NCBI RefSeq assembly: GCF_963921235.1
Contig: NC_086097.1
Coordinates: 157,730,001 to 157,794,000 of the forward strand
Source of the DNA: Mobula hypostoma
Lineage: Eukaryota
DNA: 64,000 bases
Reading direction: 5' to 3'
Positions 10,136 through 23,754 of the stretch are shown here, piece after piece (the stretch's first letter is position 1; every line of letters starts with the position of its first letter). The notes under the pieces are model-generated. The model saw only the letters and a list, made by a program, of their open reading frames with translations. It ran no database searches and had not been told where the DNA came from. The position numbers were made by a program, and so were the translations under genes.

Positions 10136-12944
10136 ATATGCTGACTGCCACAGTGAAAATAATTTTTAAGAGAGGTCATCACATGGGCATTAAACACGTC
10201 ATACCAAATCTAGAATGCTCAACTAGCATGCAAACATAATCTTGGTTGCCCATGTAAAACTGAATTGAGGGAGAATATCTCTCCCCAATATTTGGGAATG
10301 ATTAGAATGCCCTTCGCTTGAGAGCTGCAAACCATAAATTCTTAAGAATACTCAAGGCTGAGAGGGGCTTGAAATATATGAGAATCAAGGTCTCTAGACA
10401 AGAAAATGATGTTTTCATGATTAGACCAGCCATGATTTTATTGAATGTTATAAAAGGTTCAAGACCGACTCCAGAATTGCATGACATACTTTTGCTCCCA
10501 GTCCTTATGTGTCTATTTGATTTGTTTTGGTTGTAACATGGGTGCTTTCTGTCTGCTGCATTGGAGGTATACAGTCTGAAAAAGAAGTATTCTTCCCTCA
10601 AATTTCTAGGTTGGAACGTTGCATTGAGATTGGATTTCACTCATCTCAGTACTCCAAGCAGGGACGGTATGCAGCACTGGCAACCAATCAAGCACCCTGC
10701 AAAATACTGGGAATTTGACGAAAGACCCAAGTAAAAGTCAACAGCACACCTTTCATTTGGAATCATATGGAAAAACTTCACCTGTGCATTTCTTGAAGGG
10801 CATCCGCCTGCAGAAGAGACGGATACTACATCGTTGACATGAGTAATCACCCAGGCAACCACAGTACAGTGGCACATCGAGCTGCCATGGAACTGAAGGA
10901 GTAGTTGGGTAAGGGGGAATGTTTGACTGGGCACAATATGGTATGTGTATGGATTCCTCCACACAATGGTTTGATCTGACAGACCCCTTGTGCCATTAAA
11001 AGTGTGCTAAACCTCAATGAGATATAGGATATTCAACAGGCTGCATCATGCACTGAGATATTATGACCATTAACAGTGGTCCCATGTACAACAGGGGAGC
11101 ATCAAAACAATATGCCTGGTTGAGTCTGAAGGCAAAGCATTAATATTCCACTGGGGATCCTTTGATCCATGTCTTGTGCCCCAGTCTGACATGTTCTGTG
11201 GTTTGCTTCTTGCTCAGTATGAAAACACATCACCAATGACAGACATGGATATTACATACTGGATGATATCATTGATGTGTGTCTGACAGCTGTCAAACTT
11301 CAGACACTTTTAAAAGTGTCCAGGCCATCTTACTTCACTATTCATCTTAAATGATAACTAATAGCTTTTATTTGCATATACATGCAATTAGATCCATCTT
11401 CTAGATACTGTATTTATCTCTAGAGTTTCCAACATTTTTTGCATGCTTTCACTAAATGGGAATCCTACTGCTGCTTAAGGCTTTATTTTAAGATGAAAGT
11501 TTTGAACATGTTTCTTCATCCAAACTTTAAATGAGCTAACAGGCAATTCACTCCATTTACTTCAGGCTGCATTTTGACAACAGACAGCTTGTACCAGTCC
11601 ATTTCTCGTTTCAAGTGACTGTGTTGGAAGGGCAGAAGATCCTTGCTGTCAGAACATTTCAGCCACATGCCATTTTAATCAGAAAGCGACTTAATTACCT
11701 GTACTAACACCACAGACTCACTGAACAAACTCACAAAGTTCTACATTTTCAGAGAGAAAAATAAAATGCAGCTCAATGTAGCTCAATGTCACTTCTCTTC
11801 AGCTTCTTGTCTCACCACTGGAAAAGTTGGAAGTAACATAAACTCCTTAAAAGCTGGATGGTTAAAAGCTTCCAAAGCTTTATTTTGGAGGTACTTATCA
11901 ATTTTTCATCTTAGCAGATCACTCTTCTTGTTTAATATTCCAAACTATTGTTCCATTCCATTCTCAGTGAAAAGAGCAACTGTGCTGCTGCCCAAGATAT
12001 CAAGATCTCTCAAAATATCTTTGAGAGAGGAACTTTCCTGGCTGGCCAACATACCAATTTCACACCAATAAGTCATTCTCAGAAATGCCAGGTAGATCTT
12101 TGGGTGATATTTAAACATACCCACCATCGGCAAGGAAAAAAACTACCCATTGATACTGGAAGCTCTGAGTGCAGTGTATCACAAAATAAAACCCATCAAA
12201 AGTAAAATAAATTATAAAGAAATTGTACAGTGAGACAGGGATTTAAAGAAGTTGCCAATGAAAATAATTCATAGGATGTTCCTGAATTATGAGAAGAACC
12301 AATAATTTACTTTCTAGCACAAAATGCATCTTGAAGCTTTCCAATACAACTGGGGTATACACATTTATGATTAGAAACACATTACTTAAGCATGCTCTCT
12401 CCCTGTTTTCCACCATAGTCTGCCATCCATGAAGTAATTTTCTACAGAGGATATATCACAATTTCTATCTTTAACCTTCATTGTTTTAACAATTTCTATT
12501 ATTGAACTATATTTATTATTGTTGCATGCTGCTTTCTAATCAAAGAATTACTTGGCAACATGTCATGCAAGGGTTTGGTTTTATATTGATTATGTTTTCA
12601 ACTTTTACTTTTTCACTTTGAGTTTTGAATTATTTTTAAATGGAGTTGACAATGTGTTCTTTATTTTCTCTTTCATAACAAGAGACAATTTGGTTCTTTA
12701 TTTATCTCTCAAAATCAATGATTCTTTGGTGAGATGTGGATCCAGGGATGTTGAATTCAGTGTTTCATGTATCTGCTTGATTTCTATCTGTGAAGACTTT
12801 TAAGTCTATTTAATTGCAGGAAATATTGTTCAGGAACCCATCCTGAATCAGAGCCACAAAATGAATTATAGTATAGAAACTTCTCGTCTTCTAATTTTCT
12901 GTAACTCATTTGAAAGTGGCATAGAACAAGCTGCCATTTCTATG

Positions 12945-13835
12945 CCCACACACAATGTCCTGGAGGAACTCAGCAGGTCAAACAGCATCTATGGAAATGA
13001 ATAAACCATCAACATTTTAGACCAAGACTCTTCCTCAGGACTCAGAGGCTGCCTGACCTGTTAAATTTCTCCAGCATTTTGTGTGTATCTATGAAGGAAT
13101 TTGGACAGTGGATGTTTTGGGTTGAGACTCTTCATCTGAACTGAAAGCTGGAAGGGAGACAGCCAGTATAGAAAGGTGGAGTGAAGGTGTGGAATAAAAG
13201 ACAGTAGGAGATAGGTGGATTCAGGTGAGAAGAGAAGATAGGCAGGTGGTGGGGTGGGGGGAAGTGGGTTAAGGGATAAGTGGAAATGAGAAAATGCTGA
13301 ACATTATAGAATTTGATAGGGGAGAAAAATGGAGCATTGAATCAAGGGAGGGCAGCTGGCAGTGGTGGAGGAGGATGGATATACAGAGAGGATGAAAGAG
13401 GGAAAAGAGATGGGGGGGTTGGGGCTGGGAAGATCACAATGAGAGGGGCTTCTTCTGAATGGCATTCAGGCCATCTATAGCCTTTGTAGACTTTAAAAGA
13501 TGCATGCCATCTTGGACAATGTCTCCCATCCACTACATAATGTACTGCTTGGGCACAGGAGTACATTCAGCCAGAGACTCATTCCACCGAGATGCAACAC
13601 AGAGCGTCATAGGAAGTCATTCCTGCCTGTGGTCATCCTGATTTGAGCACCAAGCCTGAGTATCCAAAAAGTTGGAGCATTAAACTTCTGTAAAAGTTGT
13701 GAAATATGCAGGCAGAACATAAGGTGCTATTTCCCAAATTTGCATTTAACCACACTTTGCAGTCGAGGAAGACATACATGTTAGTGTTGCAGTGGGGAGA
13801 AATGAAATGGCTGGCAACTGTGAGATCCAGAAAAC
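12945..13835 (-). mobile_element. Cluster of Penelope remnants (palindromic copy 12945-13090, purine-rich terminal repeat, GIY-YIG pieces) with a small Rex1 piece at about 13540-13640
   Basis: Same arm sequence as other copies; aaggtgct..aaatggctggcaactg resembles 61425-61540; acacagagcgtcataggaagtcattcctgcc is the reverse complement of about 4315-4343. Confidence 0.65.
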
Positions 13836-15764
13836 ATTACCATCTTTCTACATACTGTCTTTGGTGTAACATGTCAGGAATAAATCTCTATCCATTCTTT
13901 TTTTGAATCCTTTCATCAGCCTGCAGAAAGCTGCTCCTCAACTTGTGTTTCAATGCAAAAAAAAAGCCTCAGCATGTTTAGGCATAACTTTTTCATCCTC
14001 AGTGAAAAAAAACAACATGCAAACTTGTTCCCTTCAAACTCAAAGACGCTGGGTACATTGCAGCACCTGTTATCAGACAATTAATCCAGTGAAACAAGGC
14101 TCAGAGCATGATCTTCCCCAGAGCTGAGTGTCCAGTTTTGCACTGTTGAAACTATTCAGACCTTGTGACAACTCCTCCTTTATTCTTCTGCCAATATACT
14201 GTAAGTTTGCTGCAATTTTGTTCTTTTTTTGAAATGAAAAAAAAAGATTTTTAGCAAAATGTTCTGTGATTATTCCAAGCTTGTGTCCATCATTAGAAAA
14301 ATCTCTGACATCCATCTCCACTTACGTTGAGACAATTACTCTGTGAGATAAATGGGTATAAAGTGAGTCTTCTACCTTTCAGAAGAACGTTCTAACCTGC
14401 TGCACTGTGTAATTATGAGATCTCAATTTGGACCTGCAGTTTTCTACTTTATAAATTTTAGTTTTAAATAATTTGAATTCCTGAGTTGATGCAGGGAAAA
14501 GAATAATATTTTGATCAAGGTGATTGGAGAGCCAATAAAGGAGTTGGTAAGATCAATAGTATTACATATTTTTTCACATCCTATGGGTACATTAATAGAT
14601 CTGTCTCTTGCTTTCTCTTACTGAATATTAATATTTTAAAAGGGAATGGTATTGGATCACCACTCTGAAGATATTCCACATAAAATCCAGCAACGATTAG
14701 ATTCCCAACAAAATTGAAATGCATAGTGCACCCAACAATACAATACAGTATTTTATAGGATCAGCTGAATCAAAGTTAACTAATCTAAATCAGATGAGAA
14801 CATCTCTAAAAATTAGACTGCACTCTGCTGTTTATTTTAGCACAGAGTTTTTGACAAAGTAATATCCACTGATTGAAATACGATAATGACTGATTGCTGA
14901 ACTGAGAGGCTAGTGAGGCAAGAGATACATTTTATTCTTCATGTCCCCTACCTCACCAAGATATCAACTGTGGCACCCAACTTCCAATCAACCTCCTCAA
15001 CGTTCACCTCCCCAAGTATACTCCCACCTCAAGACCTAAGGATACAACACATAAGGAGACCTTTCCGTCAACCATGCTTGTGTTGGTTCTTTGACTTAGT
15101 CCCACCCTATGTTCCTTATTTCCATGTCCATGCAAACATTCCGCCCCCCCTCAGTGATCATTTTCCAAAATAAATTGGAGACATCAAACATTTATTTAAA
15201 TTCCTTTTGATTTCGACTGACCTTGTAGACTGTCTTCCAGATCACAACTAGTTGCATAAATAAATTCTCCTCACGTTGCCTCTGTCTCCTTTGCCAAATA
15301 CCTTAAATCTGTGTTCTCGAGTTCTCATCCTTTTGTTGTTGGAAACAGATATTTCTTGCTTGTGCTTCCCAGACACTTTATGCATTAAGCCTTGCCATCA
15401 GCTCTATCTGTAACTCTTTGAGAACTACAATATTTGCTGTTCACTCCAAGACCCCCAAGAACCACAAAACTTACACTGTACTATCCCAGTCGATCTTCAC
15501 AATCTGCCTCACATTCGGTGCACAGTTCTGTGGTTAGCATACTGAGCATGACTTCCTAGCTTTCCCTGAAGAGTCAGGGAAGGATGATTATCTCATATTG
15601 ATTAAATGGAACAATGGAAATTTCAGACTAGCCAGCTGTTGGAGTTGGAAGTCACAACTAGGGGCAATTTAGACATAGGTTATGGTTATATATTAGTTAT
15701 TTTGCTCATAGTACCATAGAAACAGGCTTTTTGGCTCCCTGTGCTGATTGTCAAGATAATTAAT

Positions 15765-15955
15765 ATCCACCCACCTACCCCATTACCTGGTCTCACCTAT
15801 CAATTATCAGCTTGTACACCTTACCCTCCCCAACCTTTTTACCTTTTTATTTGAGCTTCTGACCCCTTCCTTTCTAGTTCTAATGAAGGGTCTTGACCCA
15901 AAACATCCATTGTTTATTCCCCTGTCTGACTTGCCAGCTCCCTGCAGCATTATGT
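15765..15955 (+). mobile_element. Penelope 3' end fragment
   Basis: Pyrimidine-rich terminal repeat, then decayed ctaatgaagggtcttgacccaaaac motif and arm. Confidence 0.7.
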
Positions 15956-15956
15956 A

Positions 15957-16028
<72 letters not shown>
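15957..16028. repeat. (TG)n microsatellite
   Basis: About 35 TG units with one interruption. Confidence 0.98.
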
Positions 16029-16029
<1 letters not shown>

Positions 16030-17149
16030 GATCATCAAGGCCCCAGGTCTCAATACAGGCCATCCCCAGATTATGAACACCCAACCTAAAGACACCCATC
16101 CATAAAATCCAGTTCACATAATATTATTAACTTCAAACGTCAAACGGGCATACATTTGTTCCTACAAACTGCATAATTAGTTCCTTTTCTATTTCTGCTC
16201 ATTAACCTTATGTGCCTTTGATGATGTTCATTACTAAACTATGGAAGTATGGCTACCATGCTGTGTGTTTTTATATATATTTGGAGTTATAGATAAAATT
16301 AACTTATGAACATCTGTAAAAAAAACAAACTCATTCATTACCTGAGTATAGCCTGTACCTTTCAATGCCTTGGCAATTCATTGCTCATGTAAGTACTTAA
16401 ATGCCCAACCATCTATTCCCTTAGGAAGTGCACTTCAGATTCCAATCACCCACTGGGTGAAGAAAATTCTTCCACAGAGTCTACTTCAACCTTTTCCTTT
16501 TATCCTAAACCTATGCCCCCCCCCCCACCCCCAGATTCCACACTGCTGCAATGGGCAAATGTTTCCCACTACCTGCCATGTCTATGCCCCTCATCACTTT
16601 GTTCATCTCTGTCAGTTCCTTCAGCCCAAATAAAATAAACCCACCTCATCAAGTTTCAGATAATAGAATCTTAGCCCAAAGATTTGCCCTAAAGATCTGT
16701 AAATATAAGGTGAAACTGGACTACAGTTAAGTAACTAATCAAAACAAAATATTGTAGTTTTAATATGAGTTATTTTAAAATTTTCATTTGTACAAATCCA
16801 TTTCGTTCAATAACGTCCCCCTAGGGAAGGAAATCTTCCACCTTTATCCCAACTAGCCTGCCATAGGTTGACTACTTGCTACCTCCAAAATGACTGGACA
16901 AACTATTCAGTTCCACACAGGGTGGGAAAATAAATGCAACACCTCTGTCCTGAGTATCAATAAATACAACCTATTTACAGTACATTCTATATCATGATCA
17001 ATTTCAGATCCACACTGCCATTATCTTATGAATCACATGAAATTCAATTGAGTTTACAGTCTTGTTGTGATACCATATTTTGGAGGATCTAAGCATCTAT
17101 TCACATTCCCAAATGCACACTATATGGATCTTGAATTATATTTTATTAA

Positions 17150-17292
17150 TTTATTTATGGTAATATTTTGTTTTATGTGTTGTGTGTGATATATGTTTTG
17201 TGGATGCACTATGGTCTGGAGAAACGTTGTTTCGTGTGTATATCCGTACAGACTGATGATAATAAACAGAAACTTGAACTTGACCTTGAATT
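17150..17292 (+). mobile_element. Rex1/Babar-type 3' tail
   Basis: ggtctggagaaacgttgtttcgt..gataataaa followed by (cttga)n repeats. Confidence 0.6.
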
Positions 17293-19339
17293 TGCACAAA
17301 ACATTCCCTGTACTGCCACAACCCCTCAGCAATGAAATAGAACATTAGCTCACATGTCCTTGACAGGATTGAAAGTGGTACCCCTGACTATTGGTATTCA
17401 GTGTGTGCTATATTTCTGAAATCCCCAGGAACATAGGCTATGTAAACGGGTTCTGAATTTTGAAAAGATGAAATATCCAAATAACACAGAATTTTGTACT
17501 GGTTTATGAACTCAGAGCTTGAGTTCATTGCTTTATTCTGATTAATATGAACTACTTCGCACTTCCATTCTTGTTAACTATGGTCATCTAGCTTTTTTTA
17601 TTGAATTTGATGAATCATGTTAGTTGTACACATGAGTCTGTTATAATATAGAGTGAAATGCAGTTCTAAATATATTTGAAGAAGAAATCCTGTCATCATT
17701 ATTCTTAAGGTAAAGTTCTTAATTTATCAGTACAAATTTTGACTAGGTTCAATTTCTGTTGAAAATCCAATTTGCTGATTACCCCAAATAGTTTAACCTA
17801 CTGTTCGACCAATAACTTTACAAATTAATTATTTACACTTTAGTTTCTCTAAATTCATGTGTTGAACCTCTTGTATCTGAATCTGAAAGTATGTGTGAGA
17901 AAACAAGTCCACTCAAGAAAACCAACAGGATAAACAGTACCACACTTACTGCAACTAAGCTTCTTAGAAGAAATGAAAGACAAAACAAAGCACATGCAGG
18001 TGCCGAGGTGATAAACATAATTTCATGAAAATGTAAGCACAGTTTCATAGTGATAGCTTTGACAGCAGACACACAGTGCGCTGGAGAAAGGTTAGTACTG
18101 AACAGCAGGTTTGCATTTCAAAAACACTTACCAGTCTGAGATAAGGAGTATCCATAGCGATGGAAACCGTCAACATCTTCATGTTTCCTGTAGTCTATTG
18201 ACCTCAGTGACTGGCTTCTGGAACTATAGCGTCCATATGCTATGGCAAGGCAATGGCTTGTGTAAATAACCTTTGCTTTCACTTTAAGCATATTCAGGAT
18301 TACAATTTTACAATGCAAATCACATAGAGAAGTATTGATCGATCAGGGTAGATTTTCCACCAATTTAAGGCCATGGCATTTGAAATAAAAACAGCTTACC
18401 CTAAGATGAATCAGTCTAAAGTTGCACATGGAATAATTTAACTTTTTTTCAACTTGAGGACTCCCCCTCCCCTTAGTATGCTCAAATAGATCCTCATTAG
18501 TTTTTACTGACAGCTAAAATTTGTTTCTTAGAGTAGCAAGTGAAGTTCTTTCCAGAAATGCTTACAATATAGTAAAGTCCAGTTACACTTTTTGACAAAT
18601 CAATTGTTTGGCATCCGGCAATATAGTTTAATTCAAATTTCCAATATCTGCAAAAATAGTCAGGCCTAGAAGAAATGGTTGGGCCATCCAAGGAAAGACG
18701 ATGTTTTCTGTCTTCTTAGCTTTTGAAAATCAGACACATAGTGCACAATGGGAAGATGCCTCACATGACTCCAATCTGATGTCCCTTTTGATTTTTCCCT
18801 GTTTCATCAATATTATCCTCAAAATTGTTCTCCTTCTTCTATGACCAACATATATCAGCTTTGTGTAAAGAAGTTTTTAAGTATATAAAATCAGAGGTTA
18901 GAGTTACTTTCAATTAATCTCCCATTTTTAATAATTATAATGTCATAAAAATGCTTTAAGCAGTTTATATTGCTTCAAGTACAATCGGGCATCAGATTTC
19001 AGCAGCGTCAGTATTGGTGATTGGCACAAAGAACTATAAGGACAAGGGTGGGTGGATTGGATACAACTCAGTCAGCATAGACTCAAGGATCTTAGGAAAA
19101 TGGAACGACCATGAAGATGGCCAATATGGGATAAAGGAGCAGCATACAGGAGAAGGGATGGGGATAGGGGGTGCATGTAATGAATGAAGCTTTCTCTAAT
19201 AGAACAATTTTTGCAGGCAAAACAATTCAGCTCTTCAAACCTTTTCTGGCTTTCAATTAGATCATGAGCAATCCCTTCCAACTTATTGACCTTGGCATCA
19301 TATTTTTCATTAGGATTAGCAAAAGTCACTTTTAAAATT

Positions 19340-20480
19340 ATTGACTATGAGAGAATGGGAGAATGATCCTCATATTGACTTCTTCCATGAAGATGAGCCA
19401 TATTCCTCTCCTGAATAGCCTGGCCCTGATTTTAATACTCTGCCTCGTTATTCTTGACTCACAAAGCAGTCAAAAATTGTCCTCCCTTTCCACCCTATCA
19501 AGGTCATTTAAAATCCTAAAGGAATCAGTCAAGCCACCTTGTAGCCTTCTATACAAGGTTGTAATGTAAGATGCCCAAGACTAGGGACAATATTCCACAT
19601 GTGGCCTAACCAAAGGTTTTATTTAGCTCCAGGAAGATCTTTATATTTTAAGCCTCAAATTATAAATGATAACATTTCATTAGCCTTTTTGTTTTGTTGC
19701 TCATGACGCAAAATCATTGCTGATCAGTGTATACAAACCTCGAAATCTCTTTAAACTTCGATTGAATAGACCAAGATAGATCAGAAGTACCCTACACAAA
19801 TGTCAGACGTGTTGAATAGTTTTCTTGTTTTTAAGTCATGCCCAATCACCTAAATAATTAATATACATTGGTGTTTCTCTAAGTGAATGAGGAAAGTTTC
19901 TGAACTGAGAGATTGAGAAGATCGTGGCTACCATCAGCAATTTCTTTAACTATTGACTTAAAAAAAAAGAAATAGAAACCATTATGTCTCAAGGATTCTC
20001 CAGTGTATTACATAATCATTTCTCTACTACTGTTCTCTTTTTAATTTTATTGACTGCCATTTTTAACTTCATTTTTAATTTCTCTGGGGTGTCAAATATA
20101 TTAGCCCTTCATCCATCGTGAAAACTGACACTAGCAATCATCAAACAAACATCTCATTTCTTTATTATCATTGGTAATATTACCTGCATCTTTCTTTTTA
20201 AAGGTCCATATTATCCTGGGCTACTATTTCACTATTAAATCATGTTAATAAAATATTATTTTATATAATATCTTGATATTAATCTTGATATTGCTAGGAG
20301 ATTTCTCACAGTCGTTTTCGGATTATTCAATGCTTTTTGTTTCCCTTCACTGTTCTTTATGACTATCCCAATACCCTGGATCCACACTCTCCTTTGCATT
20401 TTTATATTCAATTCCTTTACATTCTGTCATCTGTCAATCACAACTTTTTCATTCAGTAATGGAGCTTCTATACCTCATTG
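19340..20480 (-). mobile_element. Heavily decayed CR1-like LINE
   Basis: Residual blocks caatattccacatgtggcctaaccaa and catcgtgaaaactgaca resemble the CR1 antisense blocks at about 355-385 and 51610-51640. Confidence 0.5.
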
Positions 20481-20949
20481 TCCTGATGTAAACCAAATTC
20501 TTTCCAAACAGCTTTGGATATTCTTTTAGCAGATATCAATTTTGACCTGTTTGCTGTCATTAATCTAGCTCAACACCAATAAAGCTCACAATGCCAGAAC
20601 CTTGAATATTAATAAATGTTTTGAGTCTCTCTTTGAAGTTAATTATGAATTTCAACTCCCTGTGATCACTGTTAACTAATGCTTGGTTCATTACTCATTA
20701 TCAAATCAAGTATGACTCAGCATCACACTAGTTATCAAAAATAATATGCAGTAAATTTTCTTGAATCTACTCAAGAAACTCATTGTCTCATTATCTCACT
20801 TTTTTGAGCTTCCTGTCCTTATCAACTTATCAGAAAATTAAACTCTCCGATGCAAGCATTTCTTTAAGCCACAAAGAAACCATGGCCACTTAGAGATTTG
20901 ACAGACAGGATTCAAAATTGTCTTGCCATAGATGACTAAGGATAGTGAT

Positions 20950-21850
20950 AGAGGGCTGTTAATCTGAATGGAGGTCCATGATTGCTGGAGGAAAACGTAG
21001 GTGAGATTATAAATAAGATAGCTCAAAAATTTGTAGAGTTGTAGATGGGGTGAGAAAGGTTGTCGAAGGATTCAGCAGACAACAAACCACTTGGAAACGT
21101 GGGTAGAGAAATGACACGTGTGCAATTTGACACTTCAGGAAATCAACTGCAAGAGGGAGTTACACAGTAGAAATCAGGACCCGTAGAAGTATTGATGTGT
21201 AGCAGGATCTTGGTGTAATTCTGGATGTCCCTGAAAGTAGAGATGGTAATGAAGGCACACAATATTCTCACCTTCAGCTGTAAGGGTGTTGAATATAAAA
21301 GTTGATAAATCACTTTATAGCTGTATAACATGTTGGTTTGGGAAGATTTGGAGTATTACATGACATTTTGGACTGCATTAGAGGAAATATGAGCAGGCTT
21401 TCGAAAGGGTGCAGAAAAGGCGCAGCAGGATTAAAGAGTATTACCTACAATGAGAGGTTAGACAAGGTTGGATTGTTCTCTGTCTGGAGCATCAAAGGCT
21501 GAGAGACAACCTGATAGTAGTAGATAAGATCATAACAGACCATATATAGGGAAGATAGGGTGTTTTTCACAGGGTGTACATGTCAAATATAGAGAGCAGA
21601 TCTTTAAAAGTGAAAAAAGTTTAAAAGAGATTTTCATAGAAAGTTTTCTTTACTCAGAGAGAGGTAGGTTGGAACAGGTGGCCAAGAGACATGTGGAAGC
21701 CTTTGCAGTAGCAACATTTAAGAGGCATTTAGACAGAACAAGTGAGGAATGGAGGGATACAGACCAGGTGCAGACAAATGGATTAGTTTGGATTTCTTTC
21801 CAGATCAGCACAGACACTGTAGACTAAAGGGCCTGTTCTGTGTTTTATAT
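20950..21850 (+). mobile_element. Decayed CR1 RT C-terminus and 3'UTR
   Basis: gaaagggtgcagaaaagg, gagaggttagacaag, catttaagaggcatttagacag, ctaaagggcctgttctgtg. Confidence 0.8.
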
Positions 21851-21989
21851 TCAGTTTAGTTTTACCTACTCATGGATACTGACTGCTACTTTGTTTAACC
21901 TGTCACCAAGCTTTTGGACAACCATCACTCTGGTTTTAAGTCCGGACCTTTCTTCCAAGTCAGGCTACAATATGAGGGTGGCCAGTATG

Positions 21990-22190
21990 AAGTATGAACA
22001 AGCTGCCAGATGAAGTGGTAGAGGCAGGTATAATTAAAATAGTTAAAGACATTTGTACAGGTACATGGATAGAAAAGGTTTAGAAGATTTTGGGCAAAAC
22101 ACAGGAAAATGGGACTAGATGAAGACAACAACTTGGCCAGCATGGATGAGTTGGGATGAAGGTCATATTTCTGTGTTGTATAACTCTATT
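21990..22190 (+). mobile_element. CR1 3' end
   Basis: aacaagctgccagatgaagtggtagaggcagg ... gaaggtcatatttctgtgttgtataactctat. Confidence 0.75.
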
Positions 22191-23109
22191 TATCAATGTG
22201 ATTTTCTCCCCTCTCCTTTCCTTTGCCCTTGAATTCAATAACATCCATAACATTTTCTAAATTGAAATTTCATTGACCTGGGATAGTAACTATTTCTCGC
22301 CATTGATGCTGTCTGAACTGTGCAGAATTTCCAGTTTTCTGCCTTTACTACAATGTCAAATCTCTGCAATTCTAACCATAATAGTTGTTAATATTTTCCC
22401 TGACCTTCTTCCTATCTCCCTCCTTCCCATCATCAGCAAGAATATTTTTCAACAGTAAAACTAACACATTTTTTTCTTTAAGTTGCCCTATGTTTGCTAT
22501 TGATGCAGAATATATATATCCCAATGATGAACTACCTCCAGTCCTGTTTTCTAATAATCATGAGGTTATAAGCTTTCAGAGATACTTGAGCCTCCGACTC
22601 ACTGTTTATTTCATTGTTCTGTAGTTTAGGATGAAGCCCTGACCTATCATTCTGCCTTTACATTATCTTCCTCATGTTGTTGAATTTAATAGTTTTTTTT
22701 TAAATTTGTGATTGCTGCTGTATTTTCCTTGGCTACTTTAGTATCATCTTCACCTTTTGCTTGTGAGCTGAATTCTAATTATATTTTTATTTTAATCTCC
22801 AAATAATTATTTTTACCATTGTTCCTTACTGAGATGGTTTATCCTTTCTGTTAGGACCCTGTCAGGTGCAGCCTATCCAATAAGGTTCAGCTCAATTCTG
22901 TTCCAGTGATGGTGCCTCAAAATATCAAAGAAGCAACAATATCAAGCTTCTACTTTTCAATTTTGCTCTTTGCTGGCTAATTGTCTTTTAGCACATCTTC
23001 CTCTGTTTTTCTTCCTAGTCTCAATGTCAACCAGAACAAATGAATGGTTCCCTTTCATTTCAGCTTCCTTTCCAAATGTGGCAAATAAACAGTTACCAGC
23101 AGAAACTTA

Positions 23110-23280
23110 TTAGAAACATAGAAATCTACTGCACATTACAGGCCCTTCGGCCCACAATGTTGTGCACACCATGTAACTTAATCTAGAAACTGCCTAGAAT
23201 TTCCCTACCACATAGCATTCTATTTTTCTGAGCTCCGTGTATGTATTTAAAAGTCTCTTAAAAGACCCTATTGTATCCTA
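23110..23280 (-). mobile_element. CR1 3' end
   Basis: tagaaacatagaaa..caggcccttcggcccacaatgttgtg, the antisense of a CR1 3' terminus. Confidence 0.75.
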
Positions 23281-23754
23281 TTATTCTTGAGGATTCTTAA
23301 TGATGGATGCAGCTGAAACTGTCCTCATTAGTAAATCCTCATTAGTTTCCAAACTGAGACTTCACACATCATTCAGTATTCCATCGTGCAAAAATACTTA
23401 ATTGTCCTTACCCTGCCCACCAACTCCTTCTTATACCCGTACAATACTCTGAATGAATCTAGCCAGAAATTCTTACTCCATTGGAGAGTCCCAAAGTGGA
23501 GATATTTTCTGATGATACGGCAATCCAGGACACTCCCATTCTCCTACAAGCTCCAATATACCACTACCTTGATCTGCCCCAACCTTAATGATACTGGGTG
23601 AGTGGGTAAATGTTGACCAGGAAATCGAGGCAATTTCTCTGTTCATTCTCTTGGGAAGGCAAACTAGAACTTGGCTCTCTGCCTTATCAATAAGTTGGCT
23701 CCTGCAACAGTGCATCAGTCCTCCAATTTGACAAAGTCCTTCATGGGAGGCTAA

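Noticed and set aside
10520..11300. GC-richer stretch with faint RT-like words (VQQGSI, YILDDI)
   Set aside because: Motifs are too weak and not in a verifiable frame; a profile-HMM search is needed before any call.
15880..16105. His/Thr and Cys/Val repeat ORFs
   Set aside because: Translations of the (TG)n microsatellite.
18072..18110. RSS-like heptamer CACAGTG
   Set aside because: No acceptable nonamer at 12- or 23-bp spacing and no V or J segment nearby.
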